Shown here piece by piece: positions 40,401 to 53,000 of a stretch of 64,000 nt of DNA. Source of the stretch: Bugula neritina (Eukaryota > Animalia > Bryozoa); NCBI GenBank assembly GCA_964035545.1, contig OZ037771.1, positions 8,177,408-8,241,407 of the forward strand. The letters are read 5' to 3'. How positions within the stretch are numbered: the stretch's first letter is position 1; every line of letters begins with the position of its first letter. A program made the position numbers and the translations under genes. Below the pieces are notes generated by a model, which made no database searches, was not told where the DNA came from, and saw only the letters and a program-made list of their open reading frames with translations.

Positions 40401-43400
40401 CGTGACTAAGATTCTATCCGTCCTCTCAGGTGGCCACAGCCAAGGTATGGTTATAGTACCAACAGTGTTTAGCCTAGTATAGTGTGTGTAGTATAGTATA
40501 GCACAGTATAACATAGTGTATGTAGTATAGTATAGTGTATGTAGTATAGTATAGCGTATGTAGTATAGTATAGTGTATGTAGTATAGTATAGTGTATGTA
40601 GTATAGTATAGTGTAGTATAGTACATAGTATAGCGTATGTAGTACAGTATAATGTAAGATAGCATAGTATAGCATTGAAGGGTATAGTGTACTCTTGTTG
40701 GTTAGCCATAAACCATGTGTAAAACACGATACTAAGAAGCTCTAAAACTTAGAAGCTTGTTGGCTGCAAACTATACAGGTAACAACCCCAGCAGTCTTGC
40801 TGAAGTTGGAGCCGCCAGCTCACCATTGTGTGGTTTAGTCTAGTAAATCCTTATCTTACATGCAGTGGAGAGTATTGAAGTGCCGGGGATATGCAAGGCC
40901 ATCTGGTGTGAACTATTCCAGTATCTCACAGCTCACCTTCACCTTGACAAAGATTTTGAAGCATTCAAGATACTTGTGGTTGACAACTTGGTTGACTATT
41001 GGCAACATTTCACCAGTGAGTTCATTTGAGATGTTCACTAATCCTGTAGTTGATAGTTTAAAGTTATAATAAAATTGACTCACTCAAACACACACAAGTT
41101 TATAGTCACTTTCCCTGTGAGAACACCTTGATGGAAGGGGTTTTGGTTGAATCGGGCTAAGGACTTATTCAGATGAGGCACAAGAGCAATTATGACTAGG
41201 TGCTCTTCCTAACATCACCAATGGCCTTTGTCAGAGCTCGAACCCATGACTTCGTGTTTACTAGGCAAACACTCTAACCTCTAGACCACAGCTGCTCCCT
41301 AATTTAAAATAATCATGCAATATTCTCACAGAACTTATGTCTAGCCCAGAGCTGTCACATGGCGTGGTGTTTCTATTGCAGGTATATCTATGCACATCCT
41401 CAAGGTGGAGGATGAAGAAAGCAGAGTATGTGTGCTTGAGTTCTGGACTATCATACTCAACACGTTACATGGCTACAGCGAGAAAGAGGCTGTAATGGCG
41501 CGGTTAGACGGGGGAGATGGTAAGGAGAAGCCTTGCGGTGCTCTGCTATACACCTGTATGCTGCGTATATACGACTCCCTCCAACTCAGGTACACCGACA
41601 AGGACTGCGTACAGGAGAGACTCGCTCTTATCAACTGTCTCAAGAGTTTACTGGCTATCAGTCACTCCGCTAAACTCTCGGCTCTTGAAGGTAAAGTCAA
41701 TAGGGTCAAACATTTATTGTTACTCAAGGTTAAAGAACGGCTGATTAGCAGAGTGAAATGGTTTAGCTGTTTCTCCTGACATAAAGTAGTAATTTGCATT
41801 TCCACAGACACTGGTGTAACCACTTGAGTTGAGTGAGTGTAGAGGTGCCCCTAAGTTGAAACTACCAAATTTTGAGATGAAGTATCTGTTCATTGTTTGT
41901 AGATTATGCTTACTGGTGTATTATGATTACTAACTATGTACCATTGGAAAGTTTGTTAGAACAATTATTTTTCACAAATTCTACAAAAAAAATCACTCTA
42001 CTGCTCGAAGATGTGGAAATTTCTTTCCAGATATAATAAATAGTTTTTTTAATATATATTTGACATAATTTACCACCACGTGATATTAGTAGAAGGTGGT
42101 AAAGGGCAATTGTGTTTGTACATTAAAGGTATAAGCACCTGTAGACTGAATAATGTATTTAGTTTCGTTTGCCACATCTTGCAGTTTTTTATGCTGTGTC
42201 CTGCCATTTCAAACGTTATGCTGAGTTCAGTCTGTTATAGATGTGTGTATAACAGATTACTATGTTATACTGAGTTCAGTGTGTTATAGATGTATGTATA
42301 ACAGATTACTATGTTACAGCTGGATTTGCCGAGACGCTGCTCACACATATAAACAGTTTCATTGGGAAGTTAAACCTGCTGGCTATGAACAAATCTGGTC
42401 TGTTAACAGAGGTAAAGTGTTGTGAGCTGGTCTCATATGCTGTGTGTGTCAAAGTATCACTTTAGTACACCAGCAGTTATATAGTCTAAGATGAATTTAA
42501 TTTTAAATTATTCCTTTATGATTCTTTTTCTACATCTTGAGCAATTTTAAATGGGTCTTTCAGGCAAACGTTTATCTAGCGGAACTGGTTGTCTCCCTTG
42601 AGATACTCACCAACTTCCTGTCATCATTTGACGAGGGAAAGCGGGCCGTATCCCAAGGTGGCCTCGCCAACCTCATACATAGACTGTGGTTCTACTGCGA
42701 GTCGGACACTCAGCTGATGGATACATGTGTATCTATGCTCATCACCTACACGGAAAACTCAACTCTGGGTAAGTCAGGCTGAGTTCACTGAAACACAGTG
42801 AGGCTGTACCTCCTCCCCCGCTGTGTTTCCTTGTAAGGAACTCTGGCTATGGTGGGAGTAGTGAGTGTGCTTTAAGAGTCCTCACTTTACCTAGTACTCA
42901 TAGTATTTACATGTGTCAACTGTTTATCAATGCTATTGTGTGTGCATGTGTGTGCGAGTGGGTGTGTGTGTCAGTTGGTGTTAATTTTTTTAGGAATTCG
43001 CCTTCAAATAACATTATTTCGATACAAACAGACAAGTAAGCACAACTCTAGTCTTAGGGTGTAACGAAAAATATTAGGATGTTTAGGAGAATTTGTGTTC
43101 AGATCACAAAATGTAATATGAACACAAGTAAATGCAATCAGGCAAACTAAATAGAATGATGCAAACCAGGACAGACTTTGACATTCTTACAGTTGACACT
43201 ATTACTCAGAGCAGAGTTTATGATATCATCTAACAGTTTCCCAGTCAACTACACGTCACATCTATAAGTCACCTACAATAACCACCTAACTATTCCATCA
43301 CAGTGCTGATTCTTTTGAGTTCTAGTTCTAAATGTCAACAGATCAGACATAGAGTATATTTACTGACTGAAGTTGCTTTCTACTTGGCATGTTGCAGCCT

Positions 43401-45252
43401 GTCGACACCTGGTGTGTACCTCCACCGTGTCGTGTCTTGGCATGCCCACCGACAGGTTACAGATTCAGTCAAACTCCCTGGCAGACATATTGGTGAAGTT
43501 AATGCAGAGTCAACTCAACAGTATCAACATCAACATAGGACTTCTGTCCAAGCTCTTCCAACTCATGTCTAACTTTGCCCTAGCTCCAGACACTCTCTCT
43601 GTTATATGTAAGGTAAGTGTATACAGTATACAGTGTATGTACTTTCTATTATGTGAGGTAAGTATATAAAGTTTATAGACTTTCTATTATGTATAGTGTG
43701 TGTACAGAGTGTAGTAATATATTTGAGGTGAAATGTGAAATAGGTTTTCAGCATGGACTCTCTCACTATAATGTTATTTTTACTAATATCTACCAATGTT
43801 ATTCCAGAATGCTGTAGTAAATGGTTTAGTATCTTCCAACCCTAAAGTAACCATTAAAAGAAGACCCAAACTCCAGACAGCTGTAATATGTCTCTGGGTT
43901 CAGCTCTACTTGAACCTTTCATATTCACTGGAGGGACTACAACTTATACTATCTGTTCCAGGTACATACAGTGTATCTCTCATATATATATATTTTATAT
44001 TGCATCGTTATAATCATCATCTACACTATAATACCCTATATACACACGATATTATGCAATATACATACAATATTATACTATACATGATACATTATACACA
44101 ATATGTGTTGTAAATTTGTCATTCTCTAACTATAGTGTAGTTGATTGTTGTTACTGTGTAGATCTAGTGTAGTGTTACTGTGTAACTATACTGTAGTGCA
44201 CTGTTACTACTGTGTAACTATACTGTAGTCTACTGTGTCATTACAGATAGTGTCAAGTTCATAGTAGAGCAACTCAGCAGTGTAGACTCTCAGTCTCAAC
44301 TTATGATACTCATCATTCTATACAACCTGTGTGTGGGCTTCCGTAGTAAAGTCCTCACTATAGGTAACTATTCCTCTCTATATTATGTATTAAGTTATTC
44401 GCCACAGAGATTGAATGATGGTGTGAATAAGAGTTTACATACATGTTGCGTCTGGGAAATTGAAAATAAAATTAGCAAATGTAAGTTTTTAATGATATTT
44501 CTAAAATTATCACTAACCATAAACTTCAAGACAGGAAATAGCGAAACTAGTTTGCAAGGAAGTAATTTGCCAATTAGATGAGATTCTGCAGAAACTTAGC
44601 AGTATTTGTTCTCTTGTTTTCTCTGTGCGAAGTTTTCATTAGCTGTCCGTGTTGGATCTAATATTCTCTCAGTCTCAGAGAAAGTCACGTTTCATGGTTA
44701 TTTCTAGAGTGTGTTCCGCTAACTGCACTAAATATATTGGAAGATGCAACAAGTTCACAGAATGCAGTAGACTGTGCCCTGGAGATATTAAAGGCCTTAG
44801 TCTATAATAGTATGAAGGTGTGTATAACTGCAAATACTAAAAAAATACTAGTGTATGATTATAGAGAATAATTACCATAGCTGTTCATTGGGCATTTGTG
44901 TGTAGGTATGTGTGCGCATACTGTATGCCATATACTGTTTATTACATACACTGTATATGTTATTATATAGTGTGACAAGTCTAGATGTTGTTTCAACTTA
45001 AGCAAGCATTATAGGTGTAATTCTTTTGCTCTGTTGATTGTTTGTTGAGGGTTGTTTGTTCGTTCACCTGGTGGCACCATATTACAGGGCAAGGCTGTGT
45101 TAAAGAGTCTGAATATCCCAGAGCGCCTGGAGGAACTGGTCAGCACCTATAAGCAGGACCAGATGAAGTACAGCAGTGGGAGACACGCTGTCACAGACAG
45201 ACAGTCACAGATAGACAATGTGCTGCAGATTCTCATATGTATCAAGGAGTAA
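22406..45252 (+). CDS. RTTN: Rotatin (centriolar ARM/HEAT-repeat protein), ~39 exons
   Basis: Exons 22406-22520 and 24531-24719 give FVNKL-DHNQEEVRIRALDNIINKLSYG...LISKLLNWL (RTTN N-terminal domain). Exons near 26116-26735 give FPWITLCSTDIHVLE...SACEFLVDVMLFDFPAEIFLQRP, a rotatin signature. Later SSYMGKGVLRNATLCL and LWTYRDQEVRTAALG. Last exon ends ILICIKE* at 45252. Confidence 0.95.
23893..24101 (-). mobile_element. tRNA-derived SINE, full-length copy
   Basis: Reverse-complement match to 10625-10834, including the A/B boxes (TGGTCTAGGGG; GGTTCGAGACC). Confidence 0.88.
27153..27386. repeat. 31-bp minisatellite (GACATACTAGCAGCTTCAGCCAATAGACTAT), ~7.5 copies
   Basis: Starts ~12 bp after the RTTN donor at 27141; each full unit contains CCAAT. 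Confidence 0.93.
27721..27805 (+). repeat. 16-bp tandem repeat of an RTTN 5' splice site (5 copies of GTAAGT)
   Basis: TCT(C/T)T|GTAAGTGTAC with GTAAGT at 27729, 27745, 27761, 27777 and 27793. Confidence 0.93.
28256..28778. repeat. CTCTGATATACTATACTATA-type minisatellite starting at an RTTN donor
   Basis: Begins at AG|gtatacaataccctctgatatac and runs ~520 bp. Confidence 0.92.
31554..31848. repeat. (AGTTAT)n / TATAGTTATACTG satellite starting at the GC donor
   Basis: Begins within the donor GCAAGTTATA. Confidence 0.9.
36075..36425. repeat. TACTCACTATG/TACTGTT minisatellite ending at an RTTN acceptor
   Basis: Degenerate tandem array that runs up to tgctgcag|GTTT at ~36432. Confidence 0.88.
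40475..40675. repeat. (TAGTA)n / GTATGTAGTATAGTATAGT satellite
   Basis: Tandem copies shortly after an RTTN donor. Confidence 0.88.
41078..41299 (-). mobile_element. tRNA-derived SINE, full-length copy
   Basis: Reverse-complement match to the other copies; tail of TGTG/TGAG units. Confidence 0.88.
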
Positions 45253-47015
45253 ACTGCAGCATCCAGCTAGTCAAACTGTTGTTATTTCTGTATTTAGTAG
45301 CATAGCTGTCTCAAGTACAGTTTGTGAAACCGTCCAATAGATTTTATAGATATGTTTGTTTTTCATGATACTTTTTATTGATTGGTTGCTAGTGAAAATA
45401 TTAGACTTTAATTGGCTGAATGAGAATTTGTAGCTTTTAGGTATTGTGCCAAATGTACTAAAATAAATATACGAGATATACAGTCTGTGGTATTTATTTA
45501 CTGTTTCATTATTAGGTTGGTAAGCACCATGAAGCAGGAATTGTTGAAAGCCATCATTTGTGGCGTGATAATAAATTATTCCCTGCATAGTCTGGTTATA
45601 AAGGTGAAAGAATAGAGTGGGCATATAGCGCAGCCTTTTACGTAGGAGTTTTTGTGCAAGTTTTAAATTTTCTATATTTTACAATTCATAGCATCAACGT
45701 CTTACCTAGACATTAGGAGATATTACCTAGTCTGAAATATACATAAAAACCGCTTAATTTGTTTAATGTTTGTCAATGGAAATTTTAGCAAATTTGCAAA
45801 TTTCATCTAATGTCTCTGCAATAGTTGAATAATTTATTCATATTTTAATCTTTTTCAAAGCTATTTGTATGCAGATGTACTTAATTTGTTAAGTATTCAA
45901 AATACCCATAGTTTAAATGTAATTTACTATACCATGAAATCGCATGCTTTATTTTAGCTCTATAGCATTATGTAATGTGGTTCACAGTATAAAATTTCAC
46001 ATAAACATGTTTCAATTATATATATGTACCATTAAACATTGGCTGTGTCATGAAGTACAGAAACCAACAAATGACGCCATTGCTTCACACTATAAAATAT
46101 CTCCCAACTTCTTTCACCAACTACTAAAAAATAATTGCATGTATGTAAATAGCAAAGCAATTCTAATTTCACTTCAAATTTTGTGTTTTCTAAATGGTGG
46201 ACAAGAAAAGCAAACTAATTAATCAATTGTTCTTATATTGTATATAATGGTGATGATCTATAAAGTTCTATATGTATATGTAGGCCTATATATGTATGTA
46301 TAATTATTCTTGATATTAAAATAGAATTTATCATAATGCAGTTACCAATTCAGCAAACGTTATATAGTTGATAAGAAATTCGTGCAAACCTTGAGCATTT
46401 TAAAAAAATATTTTCAGCAAAATATTTTATAAAATTTTTGAAGCTACTGCCAAATTATTATATATATTAGCATTTAAGCTGAATTGCTGCTTATTTTAGA
46501 ACCAATTTCAGCAATTTGCAGGCTGAGTGAAACAATTTTTTTAATTTATGTTCAGTAAACTTAATTGCTGAAACGTAACTTCTTTGCTGATTTATATAAA
46601 ATAGCATTTGCAATCCGGCACCTATATTATCTTATTGTTGGAAGTCAGCTAATAACTTTTTCTAACAATTGTAAGCTGCTAGTATTATAGTTCTTTTGCT
46701 AGATTTCATTTAGGAGTTGTCCTGATTTGCTAATAAATAGCTGGGTTATATTCAAAGCAGCTACATTATCCACATTCTATCAATTTGTGCATATTGAGCA
46801 GAATCAATTATTTATATTATTATTAACTACTACACATTATGTCTTTGTAGCCCGTGATTGGCCAACCAGCTAAGTTCACTAGTACAATAGCCATGGACAA
46901 TAGCATGTATACAAGGTGGTGTATCAATTATGAGATAGACATAGTTGGTACATGCTGCTCTCTGCTTGTTAACTACTCTCTGGTATGTAATCAGTGAAAC
47001 CTAACTGTATTCACC

Positions 47016-50000
47016 ATGAGACATCGGTGGGGAGTATATACGTGCTCCACTTCAGACTCTGCGTCTTCTGGTAGAATTCGAGCTAGCAAAGAACTTAAAC
47101 CTTGTAAGTTTTGTTTTCACATATTGAAATATTTCACAAAGTAAAACAAAGATGAGCTTTCAAGGTAGTAGGAATAGCTGTGAATAACACTTGTCAGTAG
47201 ATAATCTGAAATGTGTAACGTAATTACCGTATTTACTCAGTTTAAAAAATTTTACAAACCAAATGTCTATGTTATTTTATTAAGTCTCTAATACAACTTG
47301 CTGAAAACTGCTGAAATGACTTAATATAATTAATTATTGTTTAAAAAATTCACCTAAAACCTTGCTGAAAATGCTAAAGACTAAATCAAGCAATTTGAGA
47401 CTCCCACTTGTCCAAGTTTCAAAGATTTTCAGAGAGCTTGCGAAATCAAATTAGACTAAGTCCATTAGTTGAACAATTTAAGTTGTGTCAAGTGATTGAC
47501 TGCGCAGCTGCATGTAGTTAAAAACTCAAGTGTTTGAGTTGAGATTTCTTAGACCCAGCCCTGACATTTCCTGCTTTATACGATGATGACTCAAGAGCAT
47601 TTTTTCTTTTTTACCTCCTGCTGTTTCGTCACCTCGGACAGCAGGAAGTACACTGTTATAAATGTCACATCTTCCAACTATATAGTGACACTCTGTATCT
47701 TTACCGTTCTTACCAGTGAAAGTAAAGGCTGTAAAGCTGTTTGTCACAGTCAACGGGCTAATTGGAGATGTTTCAGTTAGCTTCCAGTTCAGGAACCACC
47801 TTGGCATCTCAAGCCCGGCAGCTTTCATGTACCCCCTCACTAACAACACTGCCCTCAAACAGTGTCACGCTACAGTCACATCTGGTAGAGATGAAAGCAA
47901 AAGATTAGTAGTGTTAGAGTGTCACCAATCAGCTAGCAGCACGAGTGACCAGGTAAGAAGAGATGATATTATGTTTCATATGTTGAAGTTCCTTTAATTA
48001 GAAATGAAGTTAATTTAGGAAGAGTGTATAATTGAACAGAAATTTATTTACTACAGATGCATTTTAGAGAAACATAATCATAATGGTCAAATTTAAAACA
48101 ATTAATTAAAACTCAATTTTGAATTCATAGCTATGAACAATATTTAGTGCTCCGCTTACTTAACAATTCTCAAATAATGTAATGAGGCGACTTGACAAAG
48201 TACAAACTACCAAAATCACATTACACAAGTGTTGTGAAACATAATCTGTAGAGATTACCTCATTCTCAAAAATGATATTTTGTTTTCCTCACAGTTTAAG
48301 AACTGCTTCTAAAATTAATGGATTATGATTTCTGCTTTTCTAGGAAATGACCTTTAATGTATAGCAGCGCTTTACAATTTGGTTTATTATCCACCAAAAG
48401 TTTTTAGATCTTAGAAAAATGTACGCAGCAGTTATTATTTAGTAAAATGTGTACCTGCAAATTTGTTGGGAGCTAATGTGTACAGTGTAATAACAAATAG
48501 TGTATATACATATACTGTATGTATATGCAAGTAGTCTACTTACATGTAAAGTATATAGATATAGCGTACATACATGTAGTGTATATACATATAGCGCATT
48601 GCATATTTAGGGTGTACATGATGTACATGCAATGAGGATGCATGGAGACAAAACACATATCACACATTCTTATCAACTAGTTCTAGTGCAGTGAGTTTAA
48701 ACAATCCAAAATATTGATTATCATTTATAAAGATAGCTGTGATTTCTTCACCTGTAGTATTGATACATTTCCTTCATGTATCAATATTTTGTAACTGGCC
48801 CTGCATATATTCTATTCTTTATAGTAATTTATATTCATGAGTACACTCCAGCTTATTGTTGGGCATTGCTCCAATTTGTTCTCAAACATAATATGAATGG
48901 GTGCAGCGTATAATCACACATACCTCTGTGCACATCATAATTGTTGTAACTTACATCTATAACTTGAATATAATAGAGGTTTTATGTTTTCTGTAATAGG
49001 TATTGTGTTTTATTTGATTAACTTAGTTCTTTGTTTACTACTGATATTTTACAGGTAGCTCACCTTGTTTGGAGTATATAATAATATAGAAATATGTGAT
49101 CATATAATGTATATGTGCGTATGCGTAGGTGTAGGTGCTTGCAAGCATGTGCAAAGTTACATGTAAAAAATAGCATATGCACTAATACTAATATATGTCA
49201 GCTGCATAGTCTAGTTATGCAAGCGAGATAGTTTTGGTGTATAAGTTTGTTTCATTTATTATTTTTGGGAGAAGTTCGGTTAGTGTTAATCATTTTAATG
49301 CTGTTTAAATTTCAATTGTTTGATTTGATGTAAGAAGGTAAAGCAAAGAAACTAACATGATTGTTCTATATTAACATGTTACATAACTTGAAAGGATAGA
49401 AATATGAACTATCTATAGTTTCATGATACAAACTTTTAACCGAAAAATGTTGTAGTTGCAGTTTTCAGAGAATAGATTAAGAAATCAAATTATGCATTAT
49501 GTCATGAAATAAATTTTGCCAGAGTATATTTCAGCCTTCACCCACAGCACAATGCGCCTGCCTCTACCTTTCTCATACACCGCCTGCCTCTACCTTTCTC
49601 ATACACCGGCTTTCCATGGATCGATCTCAGATCAATCTCACTGAGATCGATCTGAGAATTGTGCTCAAATCGATCATTTTTCCATGACAATGTCAGATTG
49701 ATCTTGCATAGTTGCCTTCTCTCAAGTGAACATTTTTTTAAAAATAATTTGTTTACCCACCTGAGTGATTAAAGCTACTGCGGTTAAAAAAACAAGATTG
49801 TTGCAGTCTAAAAACTAATGCCAAGTCATAACTACCTCATTTTATGTGTCCTTTAACAATATTTGACTAAATTCTAAAATGTTGGTTTATTTTTCTAAAG
49901 ATGGGGTTTGTGGTGGAGCAGTCTGCAAGTGATATACTGCAGCTCCAGCTAGGAGTTATCTTTCCTGCCGATGAGATAACTGTAACCCTGCAGTATGCTA

Positions 50001-53000
50001 TAACTCTAGACATCAGTGAAAGTGGAGCAGTGAAATTTGTGTTTCCCACATTTCTGCCACACCAACTTCAATCAAACTACACAGGTGAGGGCGTGACTAC
50101 AGTATTAACTACAACAGTTGGGGGGGGGGGTGGAGAGGCTTCTCAGTCAGAATCAATTTAGATATGTAATAGAAAAAAATTTCAATAGGCTGAGCCCTTT
50201 GAGATTTTTATGGTTTGAGGTGTGAGTTAAAAACAGAGAGAAAACATAATTTGTTTCTCATATAGAGCACAGCTTTTCTCAATTTCTCCGTTATTGCCTA
50301 CTTCAATCACAACAGGTTGGTTTCCTGCTGATATTATGAGATAAAATAACTGTAGAATTTGTGATAAATTAGCTGCTAATAATTATATAAAAAGATAGTT
50401 AATAAATGTTATACATTTTACATTCCTTACATTTATAAATTACAAACTACTACACTATGAAAAAAGCATAACAGTGCAACCTACATATTCAAATTTAAAG
50501 TCCAACAGAAAATTTACATCTTGAATTACAATTATATTAAAAGTTGCAGTACATTACAAATATAATTGAGGTGGCAATATTATATTCAGCTGCTAGTATC
50601 TAAACCTAATCAGAGAGGCCCTTGAGTCATGCAATATCATTGTGGTAGTTTATAGAATAACATTAGTTGATCACTGCTTGTAGTAGGGATATACATAGAC
50701 ACATGCTGTATAAAAGCATCTTATGAATAATTGATATACTACATAGTAAAGTATAACATACTGGAATAGAAAGATACAAATCAATACAGGAACAATAAAA
50801 CTGATAGCTACACTATAACTGATCTTTTATCAATCTTCATCAATACTATAAACTACATAACAAAAACCTGACTGACCGAGTGAATGCCTCCACATAAGAT
50901 TATTCTGAAAGTTCTATTGTCTTTGGATGTCTACTGAAATGAGTCAGCGTGCCCCTGTCTTATTACCATCGAGACGGCAGCAGCGTGGCTGTAGTCAGCA
51001 GTTTGAGATGCTGTCGTAGTGTATGCTTCAGTAGTCATTATTGAGTCTTTCTTTTACAATACATAGCACTGAACTAAGCATACCAAGTGTTTATAGGGTA
51101 ACACAAAGCAAAAACGAAATGATGTCATTACTTTTATAATCTCATTCTCTTCAAGTTAAATGTCATTTTTCGAATAGGCCAATAATAATAAGGCCAGCTG
51201 GTATAAGGTCACATGATCAATTCGCCAAAAGCTTAAATTAAATTTAATCAAACTAAGTTGTAAATAGATTAGCATACTTATGATTGGCTGAAACTTTTAA
51301 CAATAAAGAATATATGGAAAAACTTACATGTACGTAACAGTTTTCAAATTTCTCAAATATTATAATGAAAAAACATACTGTTCTACTGTTGAAATTATTA
51401 TTTCTATTTGCAAATCTGCAGCAGATTTGTATATCCTTATAAAGCTTCTAGAAGCTGCGGACCAGTTTTATTTAACCGTAACATGTCATCTTGAGTTCAA
51501 GTAGAAATATCAATAAGATTGCATTGTACCAAGTTTAAGACTTTTTTCAAAAACTTGTTAATTTAATTGAACTTTTTAGTTTAATCAATAAATTTATAAA
51601 TAAACGAAGCCCCTACAAGTATTCATAATCATGAGTTACAGATCTATAGCAAAGTGTATGAGTACATTTGATATATATAGTGTTATACATTTAGTATCAT
51701 TCATTGTTTGGCCTTTGTTGAAGGTTACTAGATTGCAAAACTTATTGGAAAGATGTTCAGCAGCTGTGATGTACATTCATTGCCTTATAGTTTTATTGCT
51801 TATTTGCATTATATGTGAAAAGGGTGCAATTATAAAAGTTATATAATACTGCAATAAAATGTAGTTGTGTAATATTACATTATATGTTATTTTAGCTTTC
51901 TGAGAAGTGCTTAGAATTTTACAGAAACTATTAAAACTTATTCTTGTATAAATAAATTTTGGCCAAGGTGTAGGATTGGTCTTGTAGATATCAACAATGT
52001 GTAGTGTAGTATTTAAGTTGATGCTACATGTAGGCTGGTGGTGTGCTTAGAAATCTGCTATCTAATTTATGCTGCAGCATACATTATATGCAGCCTTATA
52101 TTAATTAGCATTGAATATCACAGATTTGAGTAAAATTGACTCAAAACGTATTGTTGAGGTTAGCAATTTTACTTGTTTTGTTGCTGCAAAACACAAGTTA
52201 CTACATTAAGCTGCATTGACACTGATTTTCTAAAAATACAAACTTGTACTTTCCATCTTGAGGCTATAAGCTATTTAAACCTATAAGATAGAGTTATCCT
52301 TCCATTGGAGATAATGTAAGACTAGAAAAGTTTAATACTTGAAAAGAGCCTGTTATAAAGCTTCAGTTGATATGTCACGATTAAAATACATCAAACATGT
52401 TATTAAAAATAGTTTTGTGTACAACGAATAAAGCATAAAACTGAAGAATAAATAGCTGTAGTAGGTTGGCAAATAACTTCAAGTTGCAAATATTGAGTGA
52501 TAGCTTAACACTGTTTTTTAAACTTTCTCATCAATTATTTATAATAATTACAAATAAAGAACAATTTAATTTCATTACCTCCGTGTTTCATTATGTTCAA
52601 CATGTTTTTCATTGGTAGCTTTATGCAGGTATTTTGCCTCTGAAAAAGGGCAACTCTAAATAAAGTCTGCAATCAAATTCAACTGAAGTTGTCTGCTCAC
52701 ATTAATTGTTCAATTATTTCGAGGCAATATATTCTGGTTGCAGAGTTGTGTGCCTCAGATACGTATCACAGCATAGATCTCCAATGCAGGGCTGTGGTGT
52801 CAGGAGAATACAGGATACATAGAGTCTTATCAGAACAAAGACTGAGAGTTCAATACAAAAATGAAGCAAGAAATCACGTGCAGGTAATTTTTTTGATAGA
52901 CACCTTACTGACACAATGCGCATGACTCAGACTGATGGGTGTTTACTGACTTATATCTGACACAATTGACTGCCACAGGATTGAGAGAAGCTGATTGGCC

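Noticed and set aside
48611-48690. Possible extra VWA5-like exon (ag|GGTGTA...GCA|gtgagt)
   Set aside because: At 80 nt it would break the frame between two phase-0 exons that already join correctly.
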